Shown here in pieces: positions 17,104 through 26,926 of a DNA stretch of 64,000 bases. Origin of the DNA: a virus (lineage: Duplodnaviria > Caudoviricetes); IMG/VR virus record IMGVR_UViG_3300014204_013734, positions 192,001-256,000 of that record. One strand, written 5' to 3'. The number at the start of each line of letters is the position of its first letter. Positions within the stretch are counted from its first letter, which is position 1. Both the position numbers and the translations under genes were made by a program. The notes below the pieces were generated by a model that saw only the letters and a list, made by a program, of their open reading frames with translations, was not told the origin of the DNA and made no database searches.

Positions 17104-17493
17104 ATGAAGATGAAATTGAGTGAGTTGGCGGAAAGAACGGGAGTATCAGTTAGGACGATACGGTACTGGATCGCGGAAGGGGTTCTGCAAGGACCTTCCG
17201 GGATGGGTCCGGGCGGGCATTACACGTCTGTCCATGAAGCGGCGGTATTGCGGATCAAGAAACTGAAGTTTAATGGCCTGTCCCTGACCGAAATCAAGAT
17301 GAAGTCAGGACGGGACGGACCTCCGTTGCCCATGGAACCGATTTTGGTCCCGACCAAAACCCTTCTTTTTTCAAAGGGTTCAGAAGTGCAAGTCCTTGTG
17401 GACGACGGACTTCCGGAAGGGATGAAACAGATGGTTTTTGAAGAAGTGTTCCGGTTTTTCAAAAGGTTGGAAGGACAGGAGGAAAGCAGATGA
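17104..17493 (+). CDS. MerR-type HTH transcriptional regulator
   Basis: MKLSELAERTGVSVRTIRYWIAEGVL...Y...GLSLTEIK; GGAGG RBS. Confidence 0.9.
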   Translation: MKMKLSELAERTGVSVRTIRYWIAEGVLQGPSGMGPGGHYTSVHEAAVLRIKKLKFNGLSLTEIKMKSGRDGPPLPMEPILVPTKTLLFSKGSEVQVLVDDGLPEGMKQMVFEEVFRFFKRLEGQEESR

Positions 17494-19988
17494 ACTTCGT
17501 GAATATTCAGGGTGGGAACGCCCTTGTGAATGCAGAAAATGGGACCCCTATTCCTTTGGCGATGCAGAGGCTTGACCTATCGGGCCGGGCTACTCCTGCG
17601 GGCGCCATGCTTCGGGTCACCCACAGCTTCAGGTGCGAAGACACGGAACCCATGGAAGCCCTTTACACGTTCATGCTTCCGAGAACGGGGATCGTGCGTC
17701 GGTTCGTCGTCAAGGGTGAGAACTTTGAGGCGGAATCCAAACTGGCCCCGCGAGAAGAAGCCAGGAAGGAATATGAAACAGGAGTTGAAGCGGGACACCT
17801 TTCCGTTTTATCTGAAACGAACCCTGATGGGATGGTGACCTTGTCCGTCGGGCAGGTTCGTCCCGACGAGACGATCACGGTCGCCATCGACATTGTTTCC
17901 GGTGTAGAAGTCAAGGATAAGAGCTTTCGTTTCCGTTTTCCCTTCACCTTGGCGCCGAGTTACCATTCCTTGGCGAAGATTACGGCAACTCCTGGTGGGG
18001 GAAAGACGGAACTTCCTTCCGATGTGTTTGGGGATATCATCCTTCCGGAATGGAAGAGGGATGCTTCCGGACTCCATCAGGTGTCTTTCAGGATGTCTGT
18101 TGACGTTGGGGGCCCCCTGGATTCCGTATCGTCTCCATCCCACCGCATCCTTGTCCGTCCAGGGGCCAACGGGACGGCTGAAATTGAACTGGCGGGGGTT
18201 TCGGACGTCCCCAACCGTGATTTGGTCATTGATGTGCGTGGAAAGGAAGCAGTTCCTACCTTGTTTGTTGATGAATCTTTGGTCGGGAAGAAATCTCACA
18301 AAGATTGCAGGCTTCCAGATGGGGCTCCTCGTTGGTCTGTAGCCATCCCGTCCGTTTCAACCCTCCTTCACCCGAAAACAAAAGAAGAGTTGAAACGGAA
18401 GATGTGCTTTGTTCTTGATTGTTCCGGGTCCATGGGGGGACAGCCGATCACTAGGGCCATCCTGGCTTTGAAAGCGTGCTTAGCGGCCCTTCAACCCAAG
18501 GACGAATTCGGTTTGATTAAGTTTGGCAGCACGTCTGTTGCTTTTGATCCTTCTTTGGCGAAGGCCACTGAAACTAACCGCAAGAATGCGGCAAAGTTCC
18601 TTGGTTCAAATACCAACCTAGGGGGTACGCAACTTTGCGGGGCTTTGGGCAAGGCCATTTCCGTGCTTGGCGGATCGGGAGGGGACATCTTTCTCCTCAC
18701 AGACGGGCAGGTTTTTGGTACCGGGGACATTTTGAAACAGTGTGTCGGTACGGGGACGCGGATACATGTCCTTGGTATCGGGTCGGCAAGTCAGGACAGG
18801 TTTTTGGCGTCTTTAGCCCGTCGGACAGGGGGTGTAGAACGCATGGTAGGGGTGAACGAGGACGTAGCGGGGAGTGCCTTAGCACTTTTCAACGCGGTTC
18901 ATCAACCTGTCAGGACCGATGTGGACGTGTCAGTTTCGGTAGGAGGCAAGAAGACAGTTCAGAAGCACAGGGTTGAGACTGTGTGGGACGGGGTGCCCAT
19001 TATCATTTTCGATGACGGGTCAACCGGAAAAAGCATTCCCTCTGCCGTGACCCTTTGTTGGGGGAAAGGCAAGAAGGACAAGGTCAAGGTTCCCATCCAG
19101 GAAACGCGTTCCGTTATGGACGGGTTGAACGCCATTTTGTGGGCTGGTCAGGAAGCGGAAGACCTTGATTCAGACCTTGATCGGGAAAACGAAGATCCAG
19201 CCGGGGCAGTTTCCAGGCTGAGGTTGGTTTCCTTGTCTACTCGTTACGGTTTAGCAACCAGGGTCATGTCGTTGGTTGCCGTCATTCACCGTGTCGGGGA
19301 TCAAGCCAAGGATGTGGTTCAGAAGGTCGTGGCGGTCGGTGTTCCGGAAGGAATGGATGCCGATGGTGTGTTTGGAACTCCCAAAAAATCGGGGATTCTC
19401 CGGTCTTGCGGGTTCCAGACCTATTCCAACACCCAAGCAATAGGGTTCGACACCACCAGAGGGCCTCTAAAGTCAAGTGTTCCGAGGTCAATTGATGCGT
19501 TTTCCTGCAAGGGTTCTTCAGATTCCGTCATTCCTTCCTCATTTTTTACGGAAATCTGTGATTCTGGACCTTTGCAGGATGATCGTGTCTGGGATTCGGC
19601 ACTGAACTTGGAAGATCCTGCCCCTGCCAAAGATTTGTTTGCTTACTTGGCCGACTTGCAGGATGATGGCGGGATCTTTGCGCCTAACCCCTTCCTGAGT
19701 CTTGTCAGAACGGCCCTGGTTGCCCTTCTGGCCCACGCCAGTGATTATGGCATGGGTTCAGACGTGGGTTCGTTGTACGGCCAGCATATCAACAGGATGA
19801 CCCGATTCCTGAATAATCGTTTGCAGGACGAAACGACAAAGGCCATCATCGCTATTTTGGAGGGGTACAAACCCGTTGCAGAAACGTCAAGGTTGGAAGA
19901 AATGTTGATCCGGATGTCAGGAACTCCTTCTGCCGCTGACACCAAGAAGGCATGGACAGAAGTCAAGGTTATCGTTTCCGTTGCTTGA
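17490..19988 (+). CDS. VIT + von Willebrand A domain protein
   Basis: N-terminal VIT (VTHSF...MEALYTFMLP...EARKEYE...GHLSVL), vWA MIDAS FVLDCSGSM, GGT, LLTDG, HVLGIG; ATGA overlap with the MerR gene. Confidence 0.88.
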   Translation: MNFVNIQGGNALVNAENGTPIPLAMQRLDLSGRATPAGAMLRVTHSFRCEDTEPMEALYTFMLPRTGIVRRFVVKGENFEAESKLAPREEARKEYETGVEAGHLSVLSETNPDGMVTLSVGQVRPDETITVAIDIVSGVEVKDKSFRFRFPFTLAPSYHSLAKITATPGGGKTELPSDVFGDIILPEWKRDASGLHQVSFRMSVDVGGPLDSVSSPSHRILVRPGANGTAEIELAGVSDVPNRDLVIDVRGKEAVPTLFVDESLVGKKSHKDCRLPDGAPRWSVAIPSVSTLLHPKTKEELKRKMCFVLDCSGSMGGQPITRAILALKACLAALQPKDEFGLIKFGSTSVAFDPSLAKATETNRKNAAKFLGSNTNLGGTQLCGALGKAISVLGGSGGDIFLLTDGQVFGTGDILKQCVGTGTRIHVLGIGSASQDRFLASLARRTGGVERMVGVNEDVAGSALALFNAVHQPVRTDVDVSVSVGGKKTVQKHRVETVWDGVPIIIFDDGSTGKSIPSAVTLCWGKGKKDKVKVPIQETRSVMDGLNAILWAGQEAEDLDSDLDRENEDPAGAVSRLRLVSLSTRYGLATRVMSLVAVIHRVGDQAKDVVQKVVAVGVPEGMDADGVFGTPKKSGILRSCGFQTYSNTQAIGFDTTRGPLKSSVPRSIDAFSCKGSSDSVIPSSFFTEICDSGPLQDDRVWDSALNLEDPAPAKDLFAYLADLQDDGGIFAPNPFLSLVRTALVALLAHASDYGMGSDVGSLYGQHINRMTRFLNNRLQDETTKAIIAILEGYKPVAETSRLEEMLIRMSGTPSAADTKKAWTEVKVIVSVA

Positions 19989-20000
19989 TTTTTGGAAGAA

Positions 20001-20036
20001 AGGCCCCCGGATTTCGGTCTGGGGGCCTTTCTTGTT
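20001..20036 (+). terminator. intrinsic terminator
   Basis: AAGGCCCCCGGA-tttcgg-TCTGGGGGCCTT followed by TCTTGTT. Confidence 0.8.
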
Positions 20037-20107
20037 ACGTTGGATTGCCTATGGGGTTGACTTTGGTGTAGCCTACGTATGTTGGGCATCAAAAATTGGA
20101 GGATCCC

Positions 20108-20968
20108 ATGGCAGCAGATGCAACCTCGAAAGCCATACCTGGAAACGCAGATAACCATCCCGCTAACGGCGTGGGCGGAACGTCTTATCTGTATGATTTC
20201 GGCACCAGCCCCAATACCAGGACGGCAGTGTCACAGAAGGTCAGGATTTTGACCCCGCATTACGGGGATTCGTCGGCAATGAATCAAATGGGAGTAATTT
20301 CCCAGTTTGCCCCGACCGAAAGTAAAACGGTTGAACCGGTCCGCGGTATCGGTTTTGGCGACAAGGTTGCCGAACTGGTTCCGTCGGTTACGGAACCAAC
20401 TACCGCGAACTTTGAAAGAGCCTTGCTCTATCTCTGCAATCTCTGGCAGGCGACCGGGTATGCGGCAGGGGTTGATGGGCCTGTCCGGTCGTTACGTCAT
20501 CACCGGTGGCCATTTGACGTTGAACAGCAGTTGGTGTTTTCCAGCCTCGTGGACAGTGACATGGGCCCGGATTATGCCAACGTGGGATGGAATGGGACTT
20601 CGGGCAAGTTTGACGGCGGCGTCAAGTCAATATCCTATCCATCCGTAACGCCAGACCCCCGCAACGAACCATCAAATGGGAAGCACGGTCATTCCGCACT
20701 CATCACCATCTACGAAGCGTGCTGGTTTACCAGTTGGAATGCGACTTTCGCCAAGGATTCCGGGATGATTATGGAATCGGGCGACATCATGGTTTCTGAC
20801 GTCCATGACTTTGCCAGCATGTACGGGGAATTCCTTGCTACCGGCAATGATCCGACCATCGGGCAGCTTGGATCCATCCGCTTTATTGGGGCTGAAGGCT
20901 TTGCTACGGCGCAAGCCGGCAGTGGCATTAGTGGTGGGTCGTCAACTTCTGCCTTCGTGAACGCTTGA
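20108..20968 (+). CDS. tail tube protein
   Basis: GGAGG RBS; ESKTVEPVRGIGFGD..AELVP, ERALLY, PFDVEQ, TIYEACWFTSW...IMESG pattern of gp19-like tubes; lies between sheath and tape measure. Confidence 0.75.
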   Translation: MAADATSKAIPGNADNHPANGVGGTSYLYDFGTSPNTRTAVSQKVRILTPHYGDSSAMNQMGVISQFAPTESKTVEPVRGIGFGDKVAELVPSVTEPTTANFERALLYLCNLWQATGYAAGVDGPVRSLRHHRWPFDVEQQLVFSSLVDSDMGPDYANVGWNGTSGKFDGGVKSISYPSVTPDPRNEPSNGKHGHSALITIYEACWFTSWNATFAKDSGMIMESGDIMVSDVHDFASMYGEFLATGNDPTIGQLGSIRFIGAEGFATAQAGSGISGGSSTSAFVNA

Positions 20969-20974
20969 TTTTGA

Positions 20975-21004
20975 GTCCCGACGGCTGTAACAGGTCGTCG
21001 GGAC
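20975..21004 (+). other. stable stem-loop downstream of tube gene
   Basis: GTCCCGACGGC / GTCGTCGGGAC 11-bp stem. Confidence 0.6.
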
Positions 21005-21202
21005 ATTTACAGGTTGGGACCGGGATTTCGGCCTGGCGACCTTGTTCAGATGGACTGACACATGTACGGATGGTTCGGACCGCGTTTCTTCCGCCCTGAT
21101 GTATGGGTTGGTAAGATTGATGTGAAAATACGGACGGAAAACGCTTCTTGAGCTGTCCCTGTCGCCTATGGCCGTTTCCCATGAAACAGGGAGACGGTTT
21201 CT

Positions 21203-22429
21203 ATGTCAAACATTTCCTTTACTGTCCTGGAAAAGGTTTTTGCTCCCATTGAAGCCATTGGCCACGATGAATTGGTGGTTGATGCGGGGGGGACTTCGGT
21301 CACGCTTCGGGTGCTTCTCCCGGAAGAAGAAAACAACGTCCAGCGGTGGGCGTCGGAAGTCATGCCGGAAGAAAACCGGAAGACGACTGTAGACGCCATG
21401 GACTACCTGGAACGGTTCAAGGTCGGCATTTTGTCCTATGCCATTATTGGCGTTAGCGGGCAGGATTTGCATGACGTTGATTTCGTGGAAACCGGAGAAA
21501 CCCTCCCTAACGGGGCCAAAGTCAAGGTGTCTCGTAACGTAGCGTTGCGGGGGGTTCTTTTCAAATGGTCCGGCGCCCTGAGGACTCGGTTGTTCAACAA
21601 GTATGCAGAACTTCTGAAGCACATGGAAACACGGGCTGAAGAAGCCATCGTTTACGAACCTTCTGATTTGGATACCGAGATTGAACGTCTTGAAATTCGT
21701 CTAAAAGACCTGAAGAATGAAAGGGATCGGCAAAAGGCCGGAACCTATTCGGGATTGTCCGAACAGATTCGTGCCGTAGCAGCACTGGATTCTGACCGTC
21801 GTCAGGACAATTTGGATGCCATGGCCAAACTTTCGGCTGTACGGGCGGATGCGTCCCAGCAAACCTTAGCTGAAGCAGCCGGAATTGATCCAAATCAAAT
21901 CGACCCAACCCAGGTCAAGGTAAGAACCCCCGGATGGGAAAAAACCCCTTCCGTCCCCCCGCCTGAAAGAATTGAAACAGCTCCCGCCCAGCAGCCCCCT
22001 GTTTCTTCCCCTGTTGGAGGGGATTCATTTGTGAATGCTTCTGATCCTGATGCTTTGGCAGCGGAAGCTATTGCGGAAACCAACAGGTTGGTTGCAATGC
22101 GGAGAAGAGTAGCTAAAGAAGAAGCGGAAAAGGCATCTGTTGAAACTCCGCAAGCATTTGCTGCCGGGCACCGTCCCCCGCACCTGGATGCGGCCGAAAC
22201 GGTTGTGGAAACGAATTTGGATTCTGAAGAACTGCGTTTGTTGCGGAAGGCTCGGGAAGATCGGGAGACACCTGTTGGGACTCTGGAAGGGGCTCCGGTG
22301 TACAAGATGCCTTCGGAACCACTGGAACGAAAAATGCCGGCTTTTGACGGTAAGCGGCTACCCTTGAACAGTCCTGTTCCGAATCAAGGACGGAACCCAA
22401 GATTTCAACCACCAAGAAACAAGATTTGA
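21203..22429 (+). CDS. probable tail assembly chaperone (N-terminal) with long low-complexity C-terminus
   Basis: VTLRVLLPEEE...ILSYAI pattern; position between tube and tape measure. Confidence 0.55.
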   Translation: MSNISFTVLEKVFAPIEAIGHDELVVDAGGTSVTLRVLLPEEENNVQRWASEVMPEENRKTTVDAMDYLERFKVGILSYAIIGVSGQDLHDVDFVETGETLPNGAKVKVSRNVALRGVLFKWSGALRTRLFNKYAELLKHMETRAEEAIVYEPSDLDTEIERLEIRLKDLKNERDRQKAGTYSGLSEQIRAVAALDSDRRQDNLDAMAKLSAVRADASQQTLAEAAGIDPNQIDPTQVKVRTPGWEKTPSVPPPERIETAPAQQPPVSSPVGGDSFVNASDPDALAAEAIAETNRLVAMRRRVAKEEAEKASVETPQAFAAGHRPPHLDAAETVVETNLDSEELRLLRKAREDRETPVGTLEGAPVYKMPSEPLERKMPAFDGKRLPLNSPVPNQGRNPRFQPPRNKI

Positions 22430-22435
22430 TGTTCT

Positions 22436-23644
22436 ATGCGTGCCCTTCCTCCTACAACGGTTGAACAGCGATCTTCACTTTACGGTGATGTTGAAACACT
22501 TGTAACAGTGGGGTTTCTTTCACATACGGTCCAAGTAGGGGATTGGCCTGTTGCTTTGAGAACGTTGTGCCCGGGGGATTTGCATTTGTTCCGGTCCCGT
22601 ACTTTCAAAGGGGCGGATGCAGACTGGCAGGTGTGGATGTTGGCGGCATCCATTTGGATGGTAGACGGTTATTCCTTCCTGGAAGAATCCAATTCTGCCT
22701 GGAAGTTGCACGAAGCCATCAAAAAGTTTCCCAAGTCCGTCAAGGACCTGTTGTTCAGTTTGGTAGCTGGGTTGTTTGCCCGACAAGACAAGGCGTTTGA
22801 AGCTCTGGAACCTTGGTGTTTTGAAGGGCAGTCCCGGTTTAGATGGCGGGCTTTGAAGGGTCTTTCTGTTGGAATGTGGTCTGGCATTCCTGGAGTTGAA
22901 AAGCTTGGCCTTAATTCCTTCCAACAGATGTGGAGGGCGTTTAACGAAGTTGAAGATCAACGCCGCGATGATGAAAGTTTGTGGGAAGGTTTTAAGTTGG
23001 TAGCTTCGGCTTCAGCCCCCAAAGGGGTCAAGAAGATTGACCAGCAAGACAGAAACCGACGCAAGGCTGAAGAAGACCGGCGTCAGATGGTTCTCGATCG
23101 ATTTTACTACATGACGAAAGGGATAATTTCCGGAAAGACGGAAAAGGGTTCTGACCTAAGTGAGGATCTTCCTGCTTTGGTTTATGCCTCCAAGGATCCT
23201 GAACTGCTAGCTGATGAAATGTACAGGTGGGTTACGGGCCAAGAGGATGCCCATGACCAGGTGGTTAGTGCTTATAAGCGTCAGATCAGGGAACGGCATG
23301 AAGCTGAAAAGGCAGCACGGGAAGCACGGCGGTTGGAACTTCAACGGAAGCAAAAGGAATTGGAAGAATCGGGAATGCCGAACCGATTGATTGCATGCAC
23401 GGCGGAACAGCTTGAACACATGCTCCGGGACCGTAAGCCCGGTATCAGGACTGTTGTTGACGGAAAAGGTGCAATCAATCCGGAACGATTGTATGACAAG
23501 TATGTGGCTAAGCAACCGAATTCCGGTTTACTTCAAGGAACGGCAGACGGAAAGGTTGTGGATCCAACTGGGGTCACCAAAGAAGTTTTGCAGGATTTGG
23601 TAAATTCCAGACAGGTTCCTTTCAGCGTTAGCAAAGAAGGATGA
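22436..23644 (+). CDS. probable second tail assembly chaperone
   Basis: VALRTLCPGD...LAASIWMVDG; coiled-coil; immediately precedes tape measure. Confidence 0.5.
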   Translation: MRALPPTTVEQRSSLYGDVETLVTVGFLSHTVQVGDWPVALRTLCPGDLHLFRSRTFKGADADWQVWMLAASIWMVDGYSFLEESNSAWKLHEAIKKFPKSVKDLLFSLVAGLFARQDKAFEALEPWCFEGQSRFRWRALKGLSVGMWSGIPGVEKLGLNSFQQMWRAFNEVEDQRRDDESLWEGFKLVASASAPKGVKKIDQQDRNRRKAEEDRRQMVLDRFYYMTKGIISGKTEKGSDLSEDLPALVYASKDPELLADEMYRWVTGQEDAHDQVVSAYKRQIRERHEAEKAAREARRLELQRKQKELEESGMPNRLIACTAEQLEHMLRDRKPGIRTVVDGKGAINPERLYDKYVAKQPNSGLLQGTADGKVVDPTGVTKEVLQDLVNSRQVPFSVSKEG

Positions 23645-26600
23645 TGGGTATGGCTGGCGCTCATGATACAGTAATGCAACTGGCGATCAATCCCCGGCTT
23701 ATGGGGCGAAATCTCACCAGGGATATGCAGAAGATGCAAGCGACTCTGGGACGTAACCTCGGTCAGGTTATGTCTGAAGCGGCGGGCGGTCGCTTTACGG
23801 ACAAGATGGCAGCCGAAGTCCGGAAAAAATTTGAATCGCTGCAAAGTGATCTGAAGGATTCCAGGGAAAAAGCGGAAAGGGCTGCGGAAAAATTGCGGGA
23901 TACTGCAATTTCCGTACAAGAACGTTTGCAGCAACGGGCTATTTTGGATTCTGCCAAACTGGAATACGATGCCTTACTTAAGCGATACAAGGCAGAAGAA
24001 GACAACGTTAAAGCAGTCGCTTCGCGTCGTGTCAAATCTTACGATAAGGAACTGGAAACCGTTGGTATGAAGATGGGCCAGAACGCCGAAAGCTTCGGCG
24101 AATCTTTGCATGACATTTTTTCCGACCTGACGTCCAAGGACCTTGGGTCCATGCTTCAAATTATTTCGAAAATGGGTCAAAAAGCCAAGTCTGCTGGGGA
24201 CATGGCTCGTGCGGGTCAGGGTGTAGGGACTACGGGTAAAGTTTTGGATAAAGTAGGCGGGGTGTTAGGGAAAATCGGGCCTGCTTTGATGGCCATTGGT
24301 GCTGTTGTCGCTGGTTTTGCCGCCGTGATAAAACTGATCATTGATGCAGACGCACAGGCTAAGGAACTGCACCGTACCTTGATGGAAAGCGGTACTTCTC
24401 TTGGGGATATGGTAGGGGGGGCACAAAATGTTAAGAAAGCATTTGATGAGGTCAGGGACGCCGCCGTTGACCTTCGGAACAACTACAAGTGGGGAACGCT
24501 GGCAGCGGACCAGTTAAAAATCCTTGGGGCGTTCAACAACACGGTCTACACCCTGAAAAAAATGGGAGATGGGTTGGGAAATGCCGAAGATAGGATGAAG
24601 GCATACCAGCAAGCTACATCGGCCGCCTTAATTTATTCAAAGCTGTTGGGGGAATCTGCTGAAACCGTTACACAGCAGATGGGCGACATGATGGAAGAAC
24701 TTGGGTTGTCCTTGACGGGAGTTAAGGAAAAGTTTGCCGCCATTTACGATGCGGCCCAATCCAGCGGATACGGGACAAAACGATTTTTCGGAATGGTCCT
24801 TCAGGCGACAACCGGCATGTCTATGTACAATGTCAGGCTGGAACAGACTTCCGCCATGCTCCTGAGTTTGAATAAAATACTCGGGTCCAAGTTCGGGCAA
24901 GAGTTTTTCAGTAAGCTGACCCAGGGGTTTTCTAAGCAAAGTGCGCAAGAAGGCATGAAGACTATCATGATGGCAGGAGCGGACACTGTAGGGAAAGCTT
25001 TGTCCGGTACGGCAAAATATGCTGCTGACGGTTTCGTCGACATTTTTGAAAAATCCATAAAACCAGGGGGTGATTTTGGGGATGCGTTGTCCAAAGCCTT
25101 CAATATTGACGGTAAGAAATTGGCGGCGGATCTTAAGGATCGGGACAAACGGGAAACCGCTTTGGATGCGTTGGTCGGTAAGTTGAAACAGATGGATCCG
25201 AAAGCTTTTGCATCGGCTGTGGCGACTGTGACCAAGGATTCAAACAGTAATGTTGCCAGGGGATTGCAACAACTCAGGACGCAGGCCAAAGGCATCGGAG
25301 GGGATCTTGGGGATCAAATGCAGGCCTTGCGGGCGTTGGATCCTGGGGCCGCTTTGGTCATGCACTTCAAAGTCTTGGAAAAGTGGACAAAGAAAACCCC
25401 AGAAGAACTTCAGGATTTAGGGGCCATCAACCAGATGTTTGCAGAAAATTCTTTGGGGATGGACACAGAGATGCAGGATCAATTGAAGAACATCGGAATT
25501 AGTTCGGTAGGCGCCTGGAAGGAAATGTCTACTTTGAAGGATAAACAGTTGTCTCCTGCGGATTTGGAAAAGGAACAAGCTAAACAGGTAGCGGCATGGG
25601 GGGCTTTTTCCGACAAGAGTGGCAAGATATGGGCCGGTAAGTTGGATGAGAATGGGAAAGCTGTTGCTACCAGTATGGGTCCTTTGAAGGATGTCTACGA
25701 CCTTATGTCTGGGCGTGTATCCGCAGATCAGAAAGTCAACGAAGTCATGAGCAAGCAGGAAGCTTTGGCTCAGCAAGTGGCTTCAAACACAACTGAAATG
25801 ACTAAAATTCTTGAACAAGGTGTTCAGGCTGTCTTGAACAAAATATACACCGCTGTCCAAGGTATTTGGGGGAAAATGGGAGGTTTGTCTGAAGGTGAAC
25901 AAAAGGCACAAAGGAAGGCACTTGAAGCACAGGATGCAATCATCAAGTCGCTCCAAGAAAGACAACGCGAATTAGCTATGAAAGCATCAACTGCCGAATT
26001 GGGTGTGAAAACGGCGACGACACCGGAAGAAAAATTAGCGAAACAGAAAGAATTGGACACCCTCAATTCGGAAATGGATCGAAACCGTCAGCGTATTGCT
26101 GATGAAACGGAACTTTCAAAAGCGATCCAAAACCAGACCTCAAGTAATTGGACCTTTGATAAAAAGGCATCGGAATTTCTGTCGGAAGCCCAAAAAATGC
26201 GGGAAGATCAAAAAAAGGCTCCTGCTGCCGGCACTGTGGTTACAGGCGAACAGGTAGCCGGAGGGGTTTCCGGGCAATTTATGAAGGACATATCGGGGAT
26301 AGCTAAGTGGGTGTCAGGCGTGTTCACCGACGGGATGGAAGGAGTGGAAAAGACCGACGTCAACCTTTCCAAAAAGGAAGAAATACAGAATAAGTACGAA
26401 GACAAGAAAATGGAGGACAAACGGATTGCTACTGCCAAGAACAAGTTGAATCCTGACTTGGCCAAGAAGATTGCGGAAGAAAACCAGAAGGGATCACTCA
26501 AGTCGGCCCTGGCGGCCGGAGGGGTTCCGACCAACATGATTGATGAAGTCGCCGAAGCCATTATGGGCGGGCGTCCTGCTGGAATCAACATCGCTCCTGA

Positions 26601-26919
26601 CAAAGCTCAGGAATTGTTGGATAAATTTGAAACTACAATGGGTCCGGCAGGTGCAAGCAAATTCCGCGTTTGGGCTGGAGCGCAGAAGGACTTTATGGCC
26701 AGGATTGACGGAGGCGGAGCTATTCGGGATGTTGTTTCTATTGACGATCAAGACACCATCATGGGGGTCAAACCCGGCGGCGCCGTAGCTAAGGCCGGAC
26801 GTAAGGTTGCCGGAAAAGAGGGAAGCGGCAAGACCGTAATCAATTATTTTACGCTTAACGACACTGGCAGGGGGGCCTTGAAGGTGATTCAGGACGCCCA
26901 AGATGCCGGGGCTTTGTGA
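23641..26919 (+). CDS. tape measure protein
   Basis: 1092 aa, Ala/Lys/Gly-rich helical, one hydrophobic segment (IGPALMAIGAVVAGFAAVI); synteny. Confidence 0.8.
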   Translation: MMGMAGAHDTVMQLAINPRLMGRNLTRDMQKMQATLGRNLGQVMSEAAGGRFTDKMAAEVRKKFESLQSDLKDSREKAERAAEKLRDTAISVQERLQQRAILDSAKLEYDALLKRYKAEEDNVKAVASRRVKSYDKELETVGMKMGQNAESFGESLHDIFSDLTSKDLGSMLQIISKMGQKAKSAGDMARAGQGVGTTGKVLDKVGGVLGKIGPALMAIGAVVAGFAAVIKLIIDADAQAKELHRTLMESGTSLGDMVGGAQNVKKAFDEVRDAAVDLRNNYKWGTLAADQLKILGAFNNTVYTLKKMGDGLGNAEDRMKAYQQATSAALIYSKLLGESAETVTQQMGDMMEELGLSLTGVKEKFAAIYDAAQSSGYGTKRFFGMVLQATTGMSMYNVRLEQTSAMLLSLNKILGSKFGQEFFSKLTQGFSKQSAQEGMKTIMMAGADTVGKALSGTAKYAADGFVDIFEKSIKPGGDFGDALSKAFNIDGKKLAADLKDRDKRETALDALVGKLKQMDPKAFASAVATVTKDSNSNVARGLQQLRTQAKGIGGDLGDQMQALRALDPGAALVMHFKVLEKWTKKTPEELQDLGAINQMFAENSLGMDTEMQDQLKNIGISSVGAWKEMSTLKDKQLSPADLEKEQAKQVAAWGAFSDKSGKIWAGKLDENGKAVATSMGPLKDVYDLMSGRVSADQKVNEVMSKQEALAQQVASNTTEMTKILEQGVQAVLNKIYTAVQGIWGKMGGLSEGEQKAQRKALEAQDAIIKSLQERQRELAMKASTAELGVKTATTPEEKLAKQKELDTLNSEMDRNRQRIADETELSKAIQNQTSSNWTFDKKASEFLSEAQKMREDQKKAPAAGTVVTGEQVAGGVSGQFMKDISGIAKWVSGVFTDGMEGVEKTDVNLSKKEEIQNKYEDKKMEDKRIATAKNKLNPDLAKKIAEENQKGSLKSALAAGGVPTNMIDEVAEAIMGGRPAGINIAPDKAQELLDKFETTMGPAGASKFRVWAGAQKDFMARIDGGGAIRDVVSIDDQDTIMGVKPGGAVAKAGRKVAGKEGSGKTVINYFTLNDTGRGALKVIQDAQDAGAL

Positions 26920-26926
26920 GGGATGA

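Noticed and set aside
21930-21950. GGGAAAAAACCCC as a programmed -1 frameshift site in the chaperone gene
   Set aside because: It is not in X XXY YYZ register with the reading frame, and it is far from the next ORF, which is in the same frame anyway.
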